DNA of 64,000 bases from Hyphomicrobiaceae bacterium (GCA_035565975.1 DATMRT010000130.1:8834-72833); one strand, 5' to 3'. Counted from the first letter of the stretch, positions 39,002-49,336 are shown. Translations and numbers: made by a program. The notes: generated from the letters alone by a model not told the origin.

Positions 39002-39427
39002 ATGCAGAATGCATTTCGCGCCATCGCCGAGCAGACCGCGCACGCCGTCGGCACCTACTGGGCCTTCCTGGCCGCCCTCCTCACGGTCATCGTGTGGGGC
39101 GTGACCGGGCCCTATTTCGCCTACTCCGACACGTGGCAACTGGTGATCAACACCGGCACGACGATCGTTACCTTTCTGATGGTGTTCCTCATTCAGAACA
39201 CGCAGAACCGGGAAACCCGCGTGGTCACCCTGAAGCTCGACGAGCTGATCCGGGCCATGGAGGGGGCCCGCACGAGCTTCGTCGACCTGGATCAGATGAC
39301 CGATGAGGAGCTCGAGATCGTCCAGAAGGAGTTCTATCGGCTGCGCGAAAGATACGCCCCGCTGGTTGACGACGACATTCTCCATGTGGAGCGCGCCCTC
39401 GCCAGGCGCCGGGGCGAAGGCGAGTAG
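39002..39427 (+). CDS. low-affinity iron permease (Fet4-like) family protein
   Basis: WGVTGPYFAYSDTWQLVINTGTTIVTFLMVFLIQNTQNR..KLDELIRA. Confidence 0.88.
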   Translation: MQNAFRAIAEQTAHAVGTYWAFLAALLTVIVWGVTGPYFAYSDTWQLVINTGTTIVTFLMVFLIQNTQNRETRVVTLKLDELIRAMEGARTSFVDLDQMTDEELEIVQKEFYRLRERYAPLVDDDILHVERALARRRGEGE

Positions 39428-39623
39428 GGCGCAGCCGCCGATCGGCCCCAGGGCTGGAACATCCGACGTATGAGCATTGCCTCGACGCCTGGCACAGCCG
39501 ACTTGCCCCGCTGCCTCACATTATGTATAGAGCGCGCAACTCATACACCCGCGACCGCCCTGCAGCCCTGCGGCTCGCCGCGCCGACATCCGGGCCGTCG
39601 CAACCCGCTCCGAGAGACCCATC

Positions 39624-39848
39624 ATGAAGAACACCGAGGACTTCCACCCCGACTACCACATGATCACCGTGGCGCTGCCCAATGGCACCACGTATCAGAC
39701 CTACTCGACCTACGGGAAGGAAGGGGACACGCTGACGCTCGACATCGACCCGAGCACGCACCCCGCCTGGACCGGCGGCAACCAGCAGCTCATGGACCGC
39801 GGCGGTCGCGTCTCGCGCTTCAAGAAGAAGTTCGAAGGCCTCTTCTGA
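39624..39848 (+). CDS. rpmE: 50S ribosomal protein L31 (Cys-free alphaproteobacterial form)
   Basis: [34 protein letters not shown]. Confidence 0.96.
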   Translation: MKNTEDFHPDYHMITVALPNGTTYQTYSTYGKEGDTLTLDIDPSTHPAWTGGNQQLMDRGGRVSRFKKKFEGLF

Positions 39849-39895
39849 GATTTTGTGCGCTGCAGCGCGCGTCTCCTCAGATATTCCGAGTCATG

Positions 39896-39930
39896 ACGGC
39901 CCCGCCTCAAGGTTAGGTGGGGCCGTTTTG
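39896..39930 (+). terminator. intrinsic terminator after rpmE
   Basis: ACGGCCCCGCCT..AGGTGGGGCCGT followed by TTT. Confidence 0.7.
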
Positions 39931-40152
39931 CATGGCGCGTAAATCATTCCCATCAGCAATGCGTGATGCCGTGTGGCCAACATTGTTGGCAGCGGCTATA
40001 GAGAGTCTAAGTTGCAGGCCCCGCCGCGAACGGGGTCGCTCTCAGGGGCTGGGGCGATAATCCTTGTGATGGGGCCGGGGCGCGCAAGCGGTCCTCGGTA
40101 TCGTTCGGCAAGGATAGCTCCCGGCACAGGAACGAGCCAGGGAAGCAGGCGA

Positions 40153-42045
40153 ATGCAGGCGAGTGAGATCGCGGCCCGAGCGCGCAAGCGAGGTCGTACG
40201 CCCCCAACAGACATCCGAGACCCGCAATACTTCCACAAAGTCGTCGATTGCCAGTGGGCTTGCCCGACGCATACCCCCGTCCCCGAATACATCCGCTTGA
40301 TTGCCCAAGGCCGCTATTCAGCGGCCTATATGCTGAATTGGGAGTCGAACGTCTTTCCGGGCATCCTTGGCCGCGTGTGCGACCGCCCCTGTGAGCCTGC
40401 CTGCCGGCGCGGTCGCATTCAGGTGGGCGACGAAGGCAACGCCAAGGACCCCTCGAAGAAGAACGCCGAGCCTGTCGCGATCTGCCGCCTGAAGCGCGTC
40501 GCCGCCGACTACAAGGGCGAGATCGACGACCTACTTCCCCAGATCCCGACCGAGAAGAACGGCAAGCGCGTCGCCCTCATCGGCGCCGGCCCCGCTTCGC
40601 TCGCGGTCGCTCGTGATCTCATGCCGCTCGGCTATGACATCACGCTTTTCGAGCGCGATCCCGTACCGGGCGGGCTCATGCGCACGAACATTCCTTCATT
40701 CCGCCTGCCCGCCAGCGTGCTCGACGAGGAAGTGGGCCGCATTCTCGACTTCGGCGTCGAGGCGCGCTTCGGCGCCGAGATCAAAAGTCTCAAGAAGCTG
40801 CTCGGCGAGGGCTACGACGCGATCTTCGTCGGCACGGGCGCGCCCAAGGGCAAGGATCTCGAGCTCCCCGGCCGGAAAGACGCTGCCGCGAACATCCACA
40901 TCGGCATCGACTGGCTGACATCGGTCGCCTTCGGCCATGTCGAGAAGATCGGCCGCCGCGTCGTGGTGATCGGCGGCGGTAACACGGCCATGGACTGCTG
41001 CCGCACGGCGCTGCGTCTCGGCGCCGAAGCCGTGACGGTCACGGTGCGCTCACCCCGCAAGGTCATGAAGGCCTCGGATTGGGAGATCAAGGACGCCCTG
41101 CACGAGGGCATCCCGATCCTCGACAATCACGCGCCGAAATCCTTCGTGATCAAGGACGGCAAGCTCGCCGGCGTGACCTTCGAGAAGATGGTCGAGAAAG
41201 GCGTCGATGCGAAGGGCCGCCCCAAGCTCGAAGCCTCGGGCGAGCTCGTCACCATCGAGTGCGATGACGTGCTGATGGCCATCGGCCAGGAGAATGCCTT
41301 TCCCTGGATCGAGCGAGACATCGGCATGACCTTCAACGAGTGGGGGCAGCCCGCTGTCGACCGCCGGACGTTCATGAGCTCGATCCCCGGCGTGTTCTTC
41401 GGTGGCGATGCGGCCTGGGGGCCCGAGAACATCATCTGGGCCGTCTCACACGGGCATCAGGCGGCGATCTCGATCGATGCCTACTGCCACGGCAGGAGCC
41501 TTGTCGACCGGCCGAAGCCCGGCCACACGCTCGTCAGTCAGAAGATGGGCATCCACGAGTGGTCGTACTCGAACAACTACGACCCGCAGAACCGCCAGGC
41601 CGTGCCGCACGCCGCACTCAACGTTTCGCTCAAGAACCTGAAGCTCGAGGTCGAGCTCGGCTTCGACGACAAGATCGCCGCCCGCGAGGTCGAGCGTTGC
41701 CTCAACTGCGATGTGCAGACCGTCTTCACCGACACGCTGTGCATCGAGTGCGATGCCTGCATGGACATCTGCCCCGTCGACTGCATCAACTTCACCGAGA
41801 ACGACGACGAGGCTGATCTGCGCTCGGAGCTGCGTGTGCCGGCGCTCAACAAGACGCAGGCCATCTACGTATCAGCGCCGCTGAAGACCGGCCGCATCAT
41901 GGCCAAGGACGAGGATGTCTGCCTGCACTGTGGCCTCTGTGCGGAACGCTGTCCGACCGGCGCCTGGGACATGCAGAAATTTGCGTATGCAGAGGCACAG
42001 GCCAGCTCGGCCTGTCTCGCCCATCACAATGCCTATTTGGGATAA
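40153..42045 (+). CDS. GltD/SudA-like FAD/NAD(P)H oxidoreductase with C-terminal 2x[4Fe-4S] ferredoxin
   Basis: CQWACP..GRVCDRPCEPAC, IGAGPA, IGGGNTAMDC, CIECDACMDICP, CLHCGLCAERCP; start uncertain. Confidence 0.9.
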   Translation: MQASEIAARARKRGRTPPTDIRDPQYFHKVVDCQWACPTHTPVPEYIRLIAQGRYSAAYMLNWESNVFPGILGRVCDRPCEPACRRGRIQVGDEGNAKDPSKKNAEPVAICRLKRVAADYKGEIDDLLPQIPTEKNGKRVALIGAGPASLAVARDLMPLGYDITLFERDPVPGGLMRTNIPSFRLPASVLDEEVGRILDFGVEARFGAEIKSLKKLLGEGYDAIFVGTGAPKGKDLELPGRKDAAANIHIGIDWLTSVAFGHVEKIGRRVVVIGGGNTAMDCCRTALRLGAEAVTVTVRSPRKVMKASDWEIKDALHEGIPILDNHAPKSFVIKDGKLAGVTFEKMVEKGVDAKGRPKLEASGELVTIECDDVLMAIGQENAFPWIERDIGMTFNEWGQPAVDRRTFMSSIPGVFFGGDAAWGPENIIWAVSHGHQAAISIDAYCHGRSLVDRPKPGHTLVSQKMGIHEWSYSNNYDPQNRQAVPHAALNVSLKNLKLEVELGFDDKIAAREVERCLNCDVQTVFTDTLCIECDACMDICPVDCINFTENDDEADLRSELRVPALNKTQAIYVSAPLKTGRIMAKDEDVCLHCGLCAERCPTGAWDMQKFAYAEAQASSACLAHHNAYLG

Positions 42046-42137
42046 TGCACTGAACGCCACGCTAAGTCGGGATCGCCCGGACAGTATGAATCAATGTGCG
42101 ACGGGCACCCTGCTGGAATGAGGATCTGAGACACGCC

Positions 42138-43961
42138 ATGAGCGGAATCAACGATTTCGTCATCAAGTTCGCCACCGTCAACGGATCGGGTTCGGCGTCC
42201 GCCAACACGATGGTCGCGAAGACGCTTTTCCGGATGGGCATCCCGGTCAGCCCGAAAAACATATTTCCATCGAATATTCAGGGCCTGCCGACGTGGTACG
42301 AGGTCCGCGTCTCCGAGGCCGGCTACACGGCGCGGCGCGACGGCATTGACTTCATGGTCGCCATGAACCCGCAGACCTACGCCGAGGATCTGGCCGAGGT
42401 CGTGCCCGGCGGCTGGCTGCTCTATGACAGCTCCATGCCGCGCATCTGGCCGCGCGACGACATCACGCTGCTGCCGATCCCCATCGCGCAGATCTGCGCC
42501 AAGCAGTGGACGGACGCGCGCCAGCGCCAGCTCTTCAAGAACATGGTCTATGTCGGCGCGCTCGTCGAGCTGCTGTCCATGGACATGGAGGCCCTCAAGG
42601 GCGTGATCTCGGATCAGCTCAAGGGCAAAGAGAAGCTCATGACGGCCAACCTGCAGGCCGTGCAGCTCGGCCGTGACTATGCGCGTGAGCACTTCTCTTG
42701 CCCGCTGCCGATCCATGCCCGCACCGCCGAAACTGCCAAGGGCAAGATCATGGTGACGGGCAACGACGCCGGCGGTCTTGCGGCCGTCTACGGCGGCGCG
42801 ACCGTCTGCGCGTGGTACCCGATCACGCCGTCGACCTCGCTCGCCGAGGCCTTCGAAAAATACGCACGTCGCCTGCGCGTCACCAAGGAAGGCAAGCGCC
42901 TTTACGGCATCGTGCAGGCCGAGGACGAGCTTGCGGCCATCGGCGTCGCGATCGGCGGCGGCTGGAACGGCGCGCGCTCGTTCACTGCGACCTCGGGCCC
43001 CGGCATCTCGCTCATGAGCGAGTTCCTCGGCCTCGCCTACTTCGCCGAGGTGCCGGTCGTGCTCTTCAATATCCAGCGCGGTGGACCGTCGACGGGCATG
43101 CCGACGCGAACCGGCCAACCCGACATCATCTCGTGCGCCTACGCGAGCCACGGCGACACCAAGCACGTGTTGCTGTTCCCCTCGAACCCCACAGAAGTCT
43201 TCTCGATGGGTACCGAGGCCTTCGATCTCGCCGAGCTGCTGCAGACGCCGATCATGGTCATGTCCGATCTCGACATCGGCATGAACGACTGGATGACGGA
43301 TCCTTTCACGTGGGATGACTCGCGCGAGCAAAGCCGCGGCAAGGTGCTTTCCGCCGAACAGCTCGAAGCCTTCAAGACGGTCAAGGGCAAGCCCTGGGGC
43401 CGCTATCTCGACGTCGACGGCGACGCGATCCCCTATCGCACGCTGCCGGGTACGCATCCCTCCATGGGCTCGTTCTTCACGCGCGGTACGAGCCACGACG
43501 AATATGCCCGCTATACCGAGGACGGGCGCATCCACGCCCGGATCATCGATCGCATCCGGCGCAAGTTCGATACCGCCGCAACGGTCGTGCCGAAACCCGA
43601 GATCGACATGCGCGACAGGAACGGCAAGACGGGCATCATCTACTTCGGCGCGACACGTCCTGCCGTGCTCGAAGGTCTCGACGAATTGGAGCGTGCCGGC
43701 GTCCGCCTCAATGCCATGCGGCTCAAAGCCTTCCCCTTCAACGAGGATGTGAAGGCCTTCTGCGCGGCGCACGACCAGATCTTCGTGCTCGAACAGAACC
43801 GCGATGCACAGATGCGCTCGCTGCTCATCACCGAGGCCGACATTCCCGCCACCAAGCTTATCCCGGCGTTGAGCTATGACGGGATGCCGACCACGGCCGC
43901 CTTCGTGCGCAAGGCCGTGCTCGCGCATCTCCATCCTGAAAAAGCTGCGGCCGCCGAATAG
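42138..43961 (+). CDS. korA: 2-oxoacid:acceptor oxidoreductase alpha subunit
   Basis: NGSGSAS, YPITPST, QAEDELAA, TATSGPGISLM, QRGGPSTGMPT. Confidence 0.9.
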   Translation: MSGINDFVIKFATVNGSGSASANTMVAKTLFRMGIPVSPKNIFPSNIQGLPTWYEVRVSEAGYTARRDGIDFMVAMNPQTYAEDLAEVVPGGWLLYDSSMPRIWPRDDITLLPIPIAQICAKQWTDARQRQLFKNMVYVGALVELLSMDMEALKGVISDQLKGKEKLMTANLQAVQLGRDYAREHFSCPLPIHARTAETAKGKIMVTGNDAGGLAAVYGGATVCAWYPITPSTSLAEAFEKYARRLRVTKEGKRLYGIVQAEDELAAIGVAIGGGWNGARSFTATSGPGISLMSEFLGLAYFAEVPVVLFNIQRGGPSTGMPTRTGQPDIISCAYASHGDTKHVLLFPSNPTEVFSMGTEAFDLAELLQTPIMVMSDLDIGMNDWMTDPFTWDDSREQSRGKVLSAEQLEAFKTVKGKPWGRYLDVDGDAIPYRTLPGTHPSMGSFFTRGTSHDEYARYTEDGRIHARIIDRIRRKFDTAATVVPKPEIDMRDRNGKTGIIYFGATRPAVLEGLDELERAGVRLNAMRLKAFPFNEDVKAFCAAHDQIFVLEQNRDAQMRSLLITEADIPATKLIPALSYDGMPTTAAFVRKAVLAHLHPEKAAAAE

Positions 43962-43976
43962 CAGGATCGAACAGCC

Positions 43977-45035
43977 ATGAGCTATATCGCCAAACCTTCC
44001 GCCCATCATCCCGCGCTCCCGCGCAACGCGCTCGGCCTCACGCGGCGCGACTATGAAGGCTCGATGTCGACGCTGTGCGCCGGCTGCGGGCACGACTCGA
44101 TCACGGCCGCGATCATCGAAGCCTGCTACGAGATGGACCTGCCGGCGCATCGGATCGCCAAGATCTCCGGCATTGGTTGCTCATCGAAGGCGCCGACCTA
44201 CTTCCTCTCACGCAGCCACGGCTTCAACTCGGTGCACGGGCGCATGCCGTCGGTGACGACCGGCGCCAACATGGCCAACCGCGATCTCGTCTACATCGGC
44301 GTGTCGGGCGATGGCGACACCGCCTCGATCGGCCTCGGCCAGTTCTGTCATGCGGTGCGGCGCAAGCTGAACATGACCTACATCGTCATGAATAACGGCT
44401 GCTACGGCCTCACCAAGGGCCAGTTCTCGGCGACGAACGACAAGAATTCGCCCTCGAAGAAGGGCGAGGCCAATCCCTTCGACGCGATCGACCTCTGTCA
44501 GATGGCCATTCAGCTCGGTGCGGGCTTCGTCGCGCGCTCGTTCTCCGGCGACAAGCGCCAGCTCCTGCCGCTCATCCAGGCGGCGATCAGCTACAAGGGC
44601 TTTGCCTTCATCGACGTCATCAGCCCGTGCGTGACCTTCAACAATCATCCCGCATCGACCAAGAGCTACGAGTACGTGCGAATGCACAATATGGCCTCCG
44701 AGAACAAGCTCGACTATGTCGAGCCTAAGGAGGAGATCACCGCGGAGTACGACGAAGGCACGTCGACAGCCGTGGAATTGCACGACGGCTCGCACCTCAT
44801 GCTCTACAAGATCGGCGAAGGCCATGACCCGCGCGACGCTGACATGGCTATCCATACGATCCGCACGAACGCCGCCAAGGGCACGATCGTGACGGGCCTG
44901 CTCTACGTCAACGAGGCCCAGCAGGACCTGCACGATGTCCTCGGCACGGACGAGCGGCCCCTCAACGGCATCGCCATGAGCGAGCTGTGTCCCGGCTCGA
45001 AGGCGCTAGAAGCCATCAACGCGCGGCTGCGCTAA
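43977..45035 (+). CDS. korB: 2-oxoacid:ferredoxin oxidoreductase beta subunit
   Basis: LCAGCGH, SGIGCSS, SGDGD..NNGCYGLTKGQ (TPP motif), ISPCVTFN. Confidence 0.92.
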   Translation: MSYIAKPSAHHPALPRNALGLTRRDYEGSMSTLCAGCGHDSITAAIIEACYEMDLPAHRIAKISGIGCSSKAPTYFLSRSHGFNSVHGRMPSVTTGANMANRDLVYIGVSGDGDTASIGLGQFCHAVRRKLNMTYIVMNNGCYGLTKGQFSATNDKNSPSKKGEANPFDAIDLCQMAIQLGAGFVARSFSGDKRQLLPLIQAAISYKGFAFIDVISPCVTFNNHPASTKSYEYVRMHNMASENKLDYVEPKEEITAEYDEGTSTAVELHDGSHLMLYKIGEGHDPRDADMAIHTIRTNAAKGTIVTGLLYVNEAQQDLHDVLGTDERPLNGIAMSELCPGSKALEAINARLR

Positions 45036-45047
45036 ATCGCGCCTTCA

Positions 45048-45264
45048 GCGCGACGAGGGCTAGCCCTCGCGCTCCCATCGGGAGGGACACCCTCCCGAAC
45101 CCGCCCGCTTTTATGAACTTGGAGTTTGCCGCAAGCGCACCCTTGTCCCTTCTCCCCGCACGCGGGGAGAAGGGACATGACGGCGCTCGCCGCGTGCTCC
45201 CTGTCATAAAAAGAAGGGGGTTCGGGGTCTCCCCGAGCGGGTGTGGGCGGCAACCCACTCGCGC
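45048..45264. repeat. composite (BIME-like) repeat: unit C (+), 16-bp palindrome, unit C' (-)
   Basis: TTTTATGA 45109-45116 faces TCATAAAA 45204-45211; TGTCCCTTCTCCCCGC-AC-GCGGGGAGAAGGGACA at 45144-45177. Confidence 0.85.
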
Positions 45265-46137
45265 CTATGGCGCGACGGAGGCATCCACTTGCGCCGTACG
45301 CGTTCGCGCAGCCGCTGCGGCGGTCTTCTCGCCGCCCGGAACAGTCGCTGGCGGTGCGGCGCTCTGCTTCTCGGCGGCGCGTGCGGCCGGCTTGTCCGCC
45401 GCCTTGGCCTTCTGATCACTGATCCTGCTGACGAGCGCCAGATTGTGGGCAACGCGCGCATCGCTGCCTTTCTTCTGCCCCGCGGCCTGCCGCAGCATCT
45501 GCTCGGCCTCGCTGCGGCGACCTTCGAGCGCCATGGAGAGCGCCAGGTTGTTCAGCACGACCGGATTGCCGGGCGCTTGCCCGAGAGCTTCGGCGAACTC
45601 GCGCTGAGCGCCCTTTTGATCGCCAGCCGCGGCGAGCGCCGTGCCGAGAGCCGAGCGCGTCTGCCAATCGCGGCTGCCGTTCGCGACGGCCTTCTTCAGA
45701 TGATCGCGCGCGCGAGCGATCGCACCAAGCTCGAGGGCCAGCAGACCGCGGTCGCGCAAGAGCCGCGCGTCGTTCGGCGCAACGGGTGCAGACGTATCGA
45801 GGAGCGCGAGTGCACCGGCCTTGTCGCCCTGCTGCCGCATGATGCGGGCCGCCGAGATGACAGCCTCGAGATCGCGCGGATTGCTGCGGGCGGCGGCGAT
45901 CGTCGCCACTTCGCCGAGGCGCGCACGCGCCGCCTTGGCTTCGCCGGGCGTGACCTCACGCGGCGGCGGCTGTTCTTTCGGCGTGACGTTCAGCGCCGAC
46001 GCGGTCGACCCGAGCCCAGGCAAATGCAGGAGATCTGGGCCGCCGCAGCCCGCCAATGCCAGCACCGCGGCAAGGCAGATCCCAATCCCAAGCACGCGAC
46101 GCAACGCACTCCACTGACCGAGATGACCCCGACCCAT
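45265..46137 (-). CDS. TPR lipoprotein, TadD/CpaO-like
   Basis: lipobox LAGC; TPR repeats ending NPVVLNNLALSMALEG; start uncertain. Confidence 0.75.
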   Translation of the reverse strand: MGRGHLGQWSALRRVLGIGICLAAVLALAGCGGPDLLHLPGLGSTASALNVTPKEQPPPREVTPGEAKAARARLGEVATIAAARSNPRDLEAVISAARIMRQQGDKAGALALLDTSAPVAPNDARLLRDRGLLALELGAIARARDHLKKAVANGSRDWQTRSALGTALAAAGDQKGAQREFAEALGQAPGNPVVLNNLALSMALEGRRSEAEQMLRQAAGQKKGSDARVAHNLALVSRISDQKAKAADKPAARAAEKQSAAPPATVPGGEKTAAAAARTRTAQVDASVAP

Positions 46138-46356
46138 GACTTTTCTCCCGACGCTGCGCATCTGCCAGAACGCTGCGCACGACCCCACGCGATAGCCCCA
46201 AGCGTTAGGTGATTCGCGCTCCCGCAAGTCCCGGACCGCTCTTGCCGTCCCCGCAATCCCCAGACGCGCCCCAAGCCGATAATCGGGCACTCGAACGTGC
46301 CGGTTGTCGTCGCGAACCCCCTTCGATACTGAATAGGCTGAGTTTTGGAGGTCCCC

Positions 46357-47676
46357 ATGGCCGACGACCAGTATCCGCGCTTCGACACGCTCTCGCTGCA
46401 CGCGGGCCAGCAGCCCGATCCGACGACCGGCGCCCGCGCGGTGCCGATCTACCAGACGACGTCATTTGTCTTTCACGACGCGGATCACGCGGCCGAGCTC
46501 TTCAATCTCGAGCGCGCGGGCCACATCTATTCGCGCATCTCGAATCCCACAGTGGCCGTCCTGGAAGAGCGCATTGCCGCACTCGAAGGCGGCGTCGGCG
46601 CGGTCGCGGTCGCGAGCGGGCAGGCCGCACTCCATCTCGGCATTGCGACGCTCATGGGCCAGGGCGGACACATCGTCGCCTCCAACCGCATCTACGGCGG
46701 CTCGCACAACATGTTCGTGCACACGCTGCCGCGCTTCGGCATCACGACGACGCAGGTCGATCCGCGCGATCCCAAGGCATTTGCTGCAGCCATTCGTCCC
46801 GAAACGCGGCTCGTGTTCGCCGAGACGCTCGGCAACCCCGGCCTCGAGGTGCTCGACATCGCCGCGGTCGCCGAGATCGCGCACGATCACGGTCTGCCGC
46901 TGATGATCGACGCGACGTTCTCGACGCCTTATCTCTGCCGGCCGTTCGATCATGGCGCCGATATCGTCATGCATTCCGCGACGAAGTTTCTCGGCGGGCA
47001 CGGCGTCGCGATCGGCGGCCTGCTCGTCGACAGCGGCAAGTTCGATTGGGCGAAGTCCGGCAAGTTCCCGACGCTGACGGAGCCTTATGCGGGCTATCAC
47101 GACCTGGTCTTTGCCGAGGAGTTCGGGCCTGCGGCCTTCATCTCGCGCGCACGCGCCGAGGGCCTGCGCGATTTCGGTGCGTGCATGAGCCCAGCCAATG
47201 CCTTCTATCTCCTGCAAGGCATCGAGACACTGCCCGTGCGCATGGCGCGCCATGTCGAGAACGCGCGCGCCGTGTCGAGCTTCCTGGAGAATCATCCGGC
47301 CGTCGCCTGGGTGAAGTATCCGGGCCTCGAGAGCCATCCTGATCACGCGCTCGCGAAGAAGCTGATGCCGCGCGGCGCCGGCGCCATGATGAGCTTCGGC
47401 GTCAGGGCGCCCGATGGCTCCGGGGATGGCGGCGCGCGACGCGCCGGCAAGGTGCTCATCGAGCGCGTGCGTCTTCTTTCCCATCTCGCCAACGTCGGCG
47501 ACGCGAAGTCGCTGATCATTCATCCTGCGAGCACGACGCATCAGCAGATGAGCGCCGAAGAGCTGCGCAAAGCCGGCGTCGGCGAGGAGCTGGTGCGCCT
47601 CTCCATCGGGCTCGAGGACGCGCGCGACATCATCGAGGACCTCGATCAGGCGCTGAAGGCATCACAGCGGACGTAA
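46357..47676 (+). CDS. O-acetylhomoserine aminocarboxypropyltransferase (MetY-like, PLP)
   Basis: AVPIYQTTSF, YSRISNPT, HSATKFLGGHG, LANVGDAKSLIIHPASTTH. Confidence 0.93.
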   Translation: MADDQYPRFDTLSLHAGQQPDPTTGARAVPIYQTTSFVFHDADHAAELFNLERAGHIYSRISNPTVAVLEERIAALEGGVGAVAVASGQAALHLGIATLMGQGGHIVASNRIYGGSHNMFVHTLPRFGITTTQVDPRDPKAFAAAIRPETRLVFAETLGNPGLEVLDIAAVAEIAHDHGLPLMIDATFSTPYLCRPFDHGADIVMHSATKFLGGHGVAIGGLLVDSGKFDWAKSGKFPTLTEPYAGYHDLVFAEEFGPAAFISRARAEGLRDFGACMSPANAFYLLQGIETLPVRMARHVENARAVSSFLENHPAVAWVKYPGLESHPDHALAKKLMPRGAGAMMSFGVRAPDGSGDGGARRAGKVLIERVRLLSHLANVGDAKSLIIHPASTTHQQMSAEELRKAGVGEELVRLSIGLEDARDIIEDLDQALKASQRT

Positions 47677-47691
47677 GTGGGCGCACCTGTG

Positions 47692-47760
47692 GCGCGAGCG
47701 GGCTAGCCCCGCACCCCACCGGGAGGGAACACCCTCCCAGGCCCCACCCGCTTTTATGAC
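47692..47760 (+). repeat. REP-like unit D
   Basis: GCGGGC-TA-GCCCCGC, GGGAGGG-AACA-CCCTCCC, CCCGCTTTTATGA. Confidence 0.8.
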
Positions 47761-47925
47761 CGGCTCTCTCCAACTGCCTGTTTCGGCACACAATTAGCTC
47801 TGACGGTTCTCTCTGACCTCGCTGAATATCGACGAACGAATGAGAGTGCACTGCCGCGATCCGATATTGCAGCGCAGTATTTACTCTGTCACACTGTTCG
47901 CACCCGCAACCAACGCAGGTGCCCC

Positions 47926-49227
47926 ATGGCGAGTGCAGCTCAGGCTTTGCAGCCCGTACCCTCCGACACGCCGCTCAAGGATCTCTACGAAATCGGGGAG
48001 ATCCCACCCTTGGGGCATGTACCCAAAAACATGTACGCCTGGGCCATCCGCAAGGAGCGCCACGGCGAGCCCGAACAGGCCATGCAGGTCGAGGTCGTGC
48101 CTACGTGGCCGCTCGACAGCCACGACGTCCTCGTCCTCGTGATGGCGGCGGGCGTGAACTACAATGGCGTGTGGGCCGCGCTCGGCACACCGGTCTCGCC
48201 CTTCGACGGGCATAAGCAGCCCTATCACATCGCCGGCTCCGACGCCGCGGGCATCGTCTATGCCGTCGGCTCGAAGGTGAAACGTTGGAAGGTCGGCGAC
48301 GAGGTCGTCATCCACTGCAATCAGGACGACGGCGACGACGAGGAATGCAACGGCGGCGATCCCATGTTCTCGCCCTCGCAGCGCATCTGGGGTTACGAGA
48401 CCAACGACGGATCGTTCGCGCAGTTCACGCGCGTGCAGGATCGTCAGCTCATGGAGCGGCCGAAGCATCTGACGTGGGAAGAAAGCGCCTGCTACACGCT
48501 GACCCTCGCGACCGCGTACCGGATGCTCTTCGGCCATCGCCCGCATATCCTGCGACCGGGCCACAACGTGCTCGTGTGGGGCGCGTCGGGCGGTCTCGGC
48601 TCGTTCGCGGTTCAGCTTTGCGCAACGGCGGGCGCGAATGCGATCGGCGTCGTCTCCGAGGATGACAAGCGTGACTTCGTCATGCAGCTCGGCGCACGCG
48701 GCGTCATCAATCGCAAGAAGTTCAATTGCTGGGGCCAGATGCCCAAGGTCAACACGCCGGAGTACGCGGCCTGGATGAAGGAAGCGCGCAAGTTCGGCGC
48801 CGCCATCTGGGAGATTACCGGCAAGGGCAACAACGTCGACTTCGTGTTCGAGCACCCGGGCGAGTCGACGATCCCCGTCTCGGTGCTGGTCGTGAAGCGC
48901 GGCGGCATGGTCGTCATCTGCGCCGGCACGACGGGCTACAACCTGACCATGGATGCGCGCTATCTCTGGATGCACCAGAAGCGCGTGCAAGGCTCGCACT
49001 TCGCGAACCTCCTGCAAGCCGCGCAAGCCAACAAGCTCGTCGTCGAGCGGCGCATCGATCCCTGCATGTCAGAGGTCTTTGCGTGGGATCAGATCCCCAA
49101 GGCCCACACGCGAATGCTCCGTAACCAGCACAAGCCGGGCAACATGGCCGTTCTCGTTTCGACACCGACGACGGGGCTGCGGACCTTCGAGGACGCCATC
49201 GAGGTCTCGAGAGCCCGGTTCGGCTGA
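47926..49227 (+). CDS. ccr: crotonyl-CoA carboxylase/reductase
   Basis: KDLYEIGEIPPLGHVP, MAAGVNYNGVWA, IWGYET, WMHQKRVQGSHFAN. Confidence 0.96.
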   Translation: MASAAQALQPVPSDTPLKDLYEIGEIPPLGHVPKNMYAWAIRKERHGEPEQAMQVEVVPTWPLDSHDVLVLVMAAGVNYNGVWAALGTPVSPFDGHKQPYHIAGSDAAGIVYAVGSKVKRWKVGDEVVIHCNQDDGDDEECNGGDPMFSPSQRIWGYETNDGSFAQFTRVQDRQLMERPKHLTWEESACYTLTLATAYRMLFGHRPHILRPGHNVLVWGASGGLGSFAVQLCATAGANAIGVVSEDDKRDFVMQLGARGVINRKKFNCWGQMPKVNTPEYAAWMKEARKFGAAIWEITGKGNNVDFVFEHPGESTIPVSVLVVKRGGMVVICAGTTGYNLTMDARYLWMHQKRVQGSHFANLLQAAQANKLVVERRIDPCMSEVFAWDQIPKAHTRMLRNQHKPGNMAVLVSTPTTGLRTFEDAIEVSRARFG

Positions 49228-49336
49228 CCGGCCCTGCGGCGACTTACCGATGACGGCGAGCCGGTGACCCTGTTAGGTTACCGCCGTCGTCCGCCCGTGG
49301 AGCGCCCTGCTCCCGCAATTAGGATCAGCCACCGGC

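Noticed and set aside
42033-44150. Long antisense ORFs (e.g. 42033-44150, 5444-7300, 24975-26582)
   Set aside because: Shadow frames of well-supported genes in high-GC DNA, with no motifs of their own.
46200-46356. SAM-II/SAM-SAH riboswitch upstream of the MetY-like gene
   Set aside because: Only GGTGATT is present; the GCTTGCAGCCAC..GCTAAA pseudoknot is absent.
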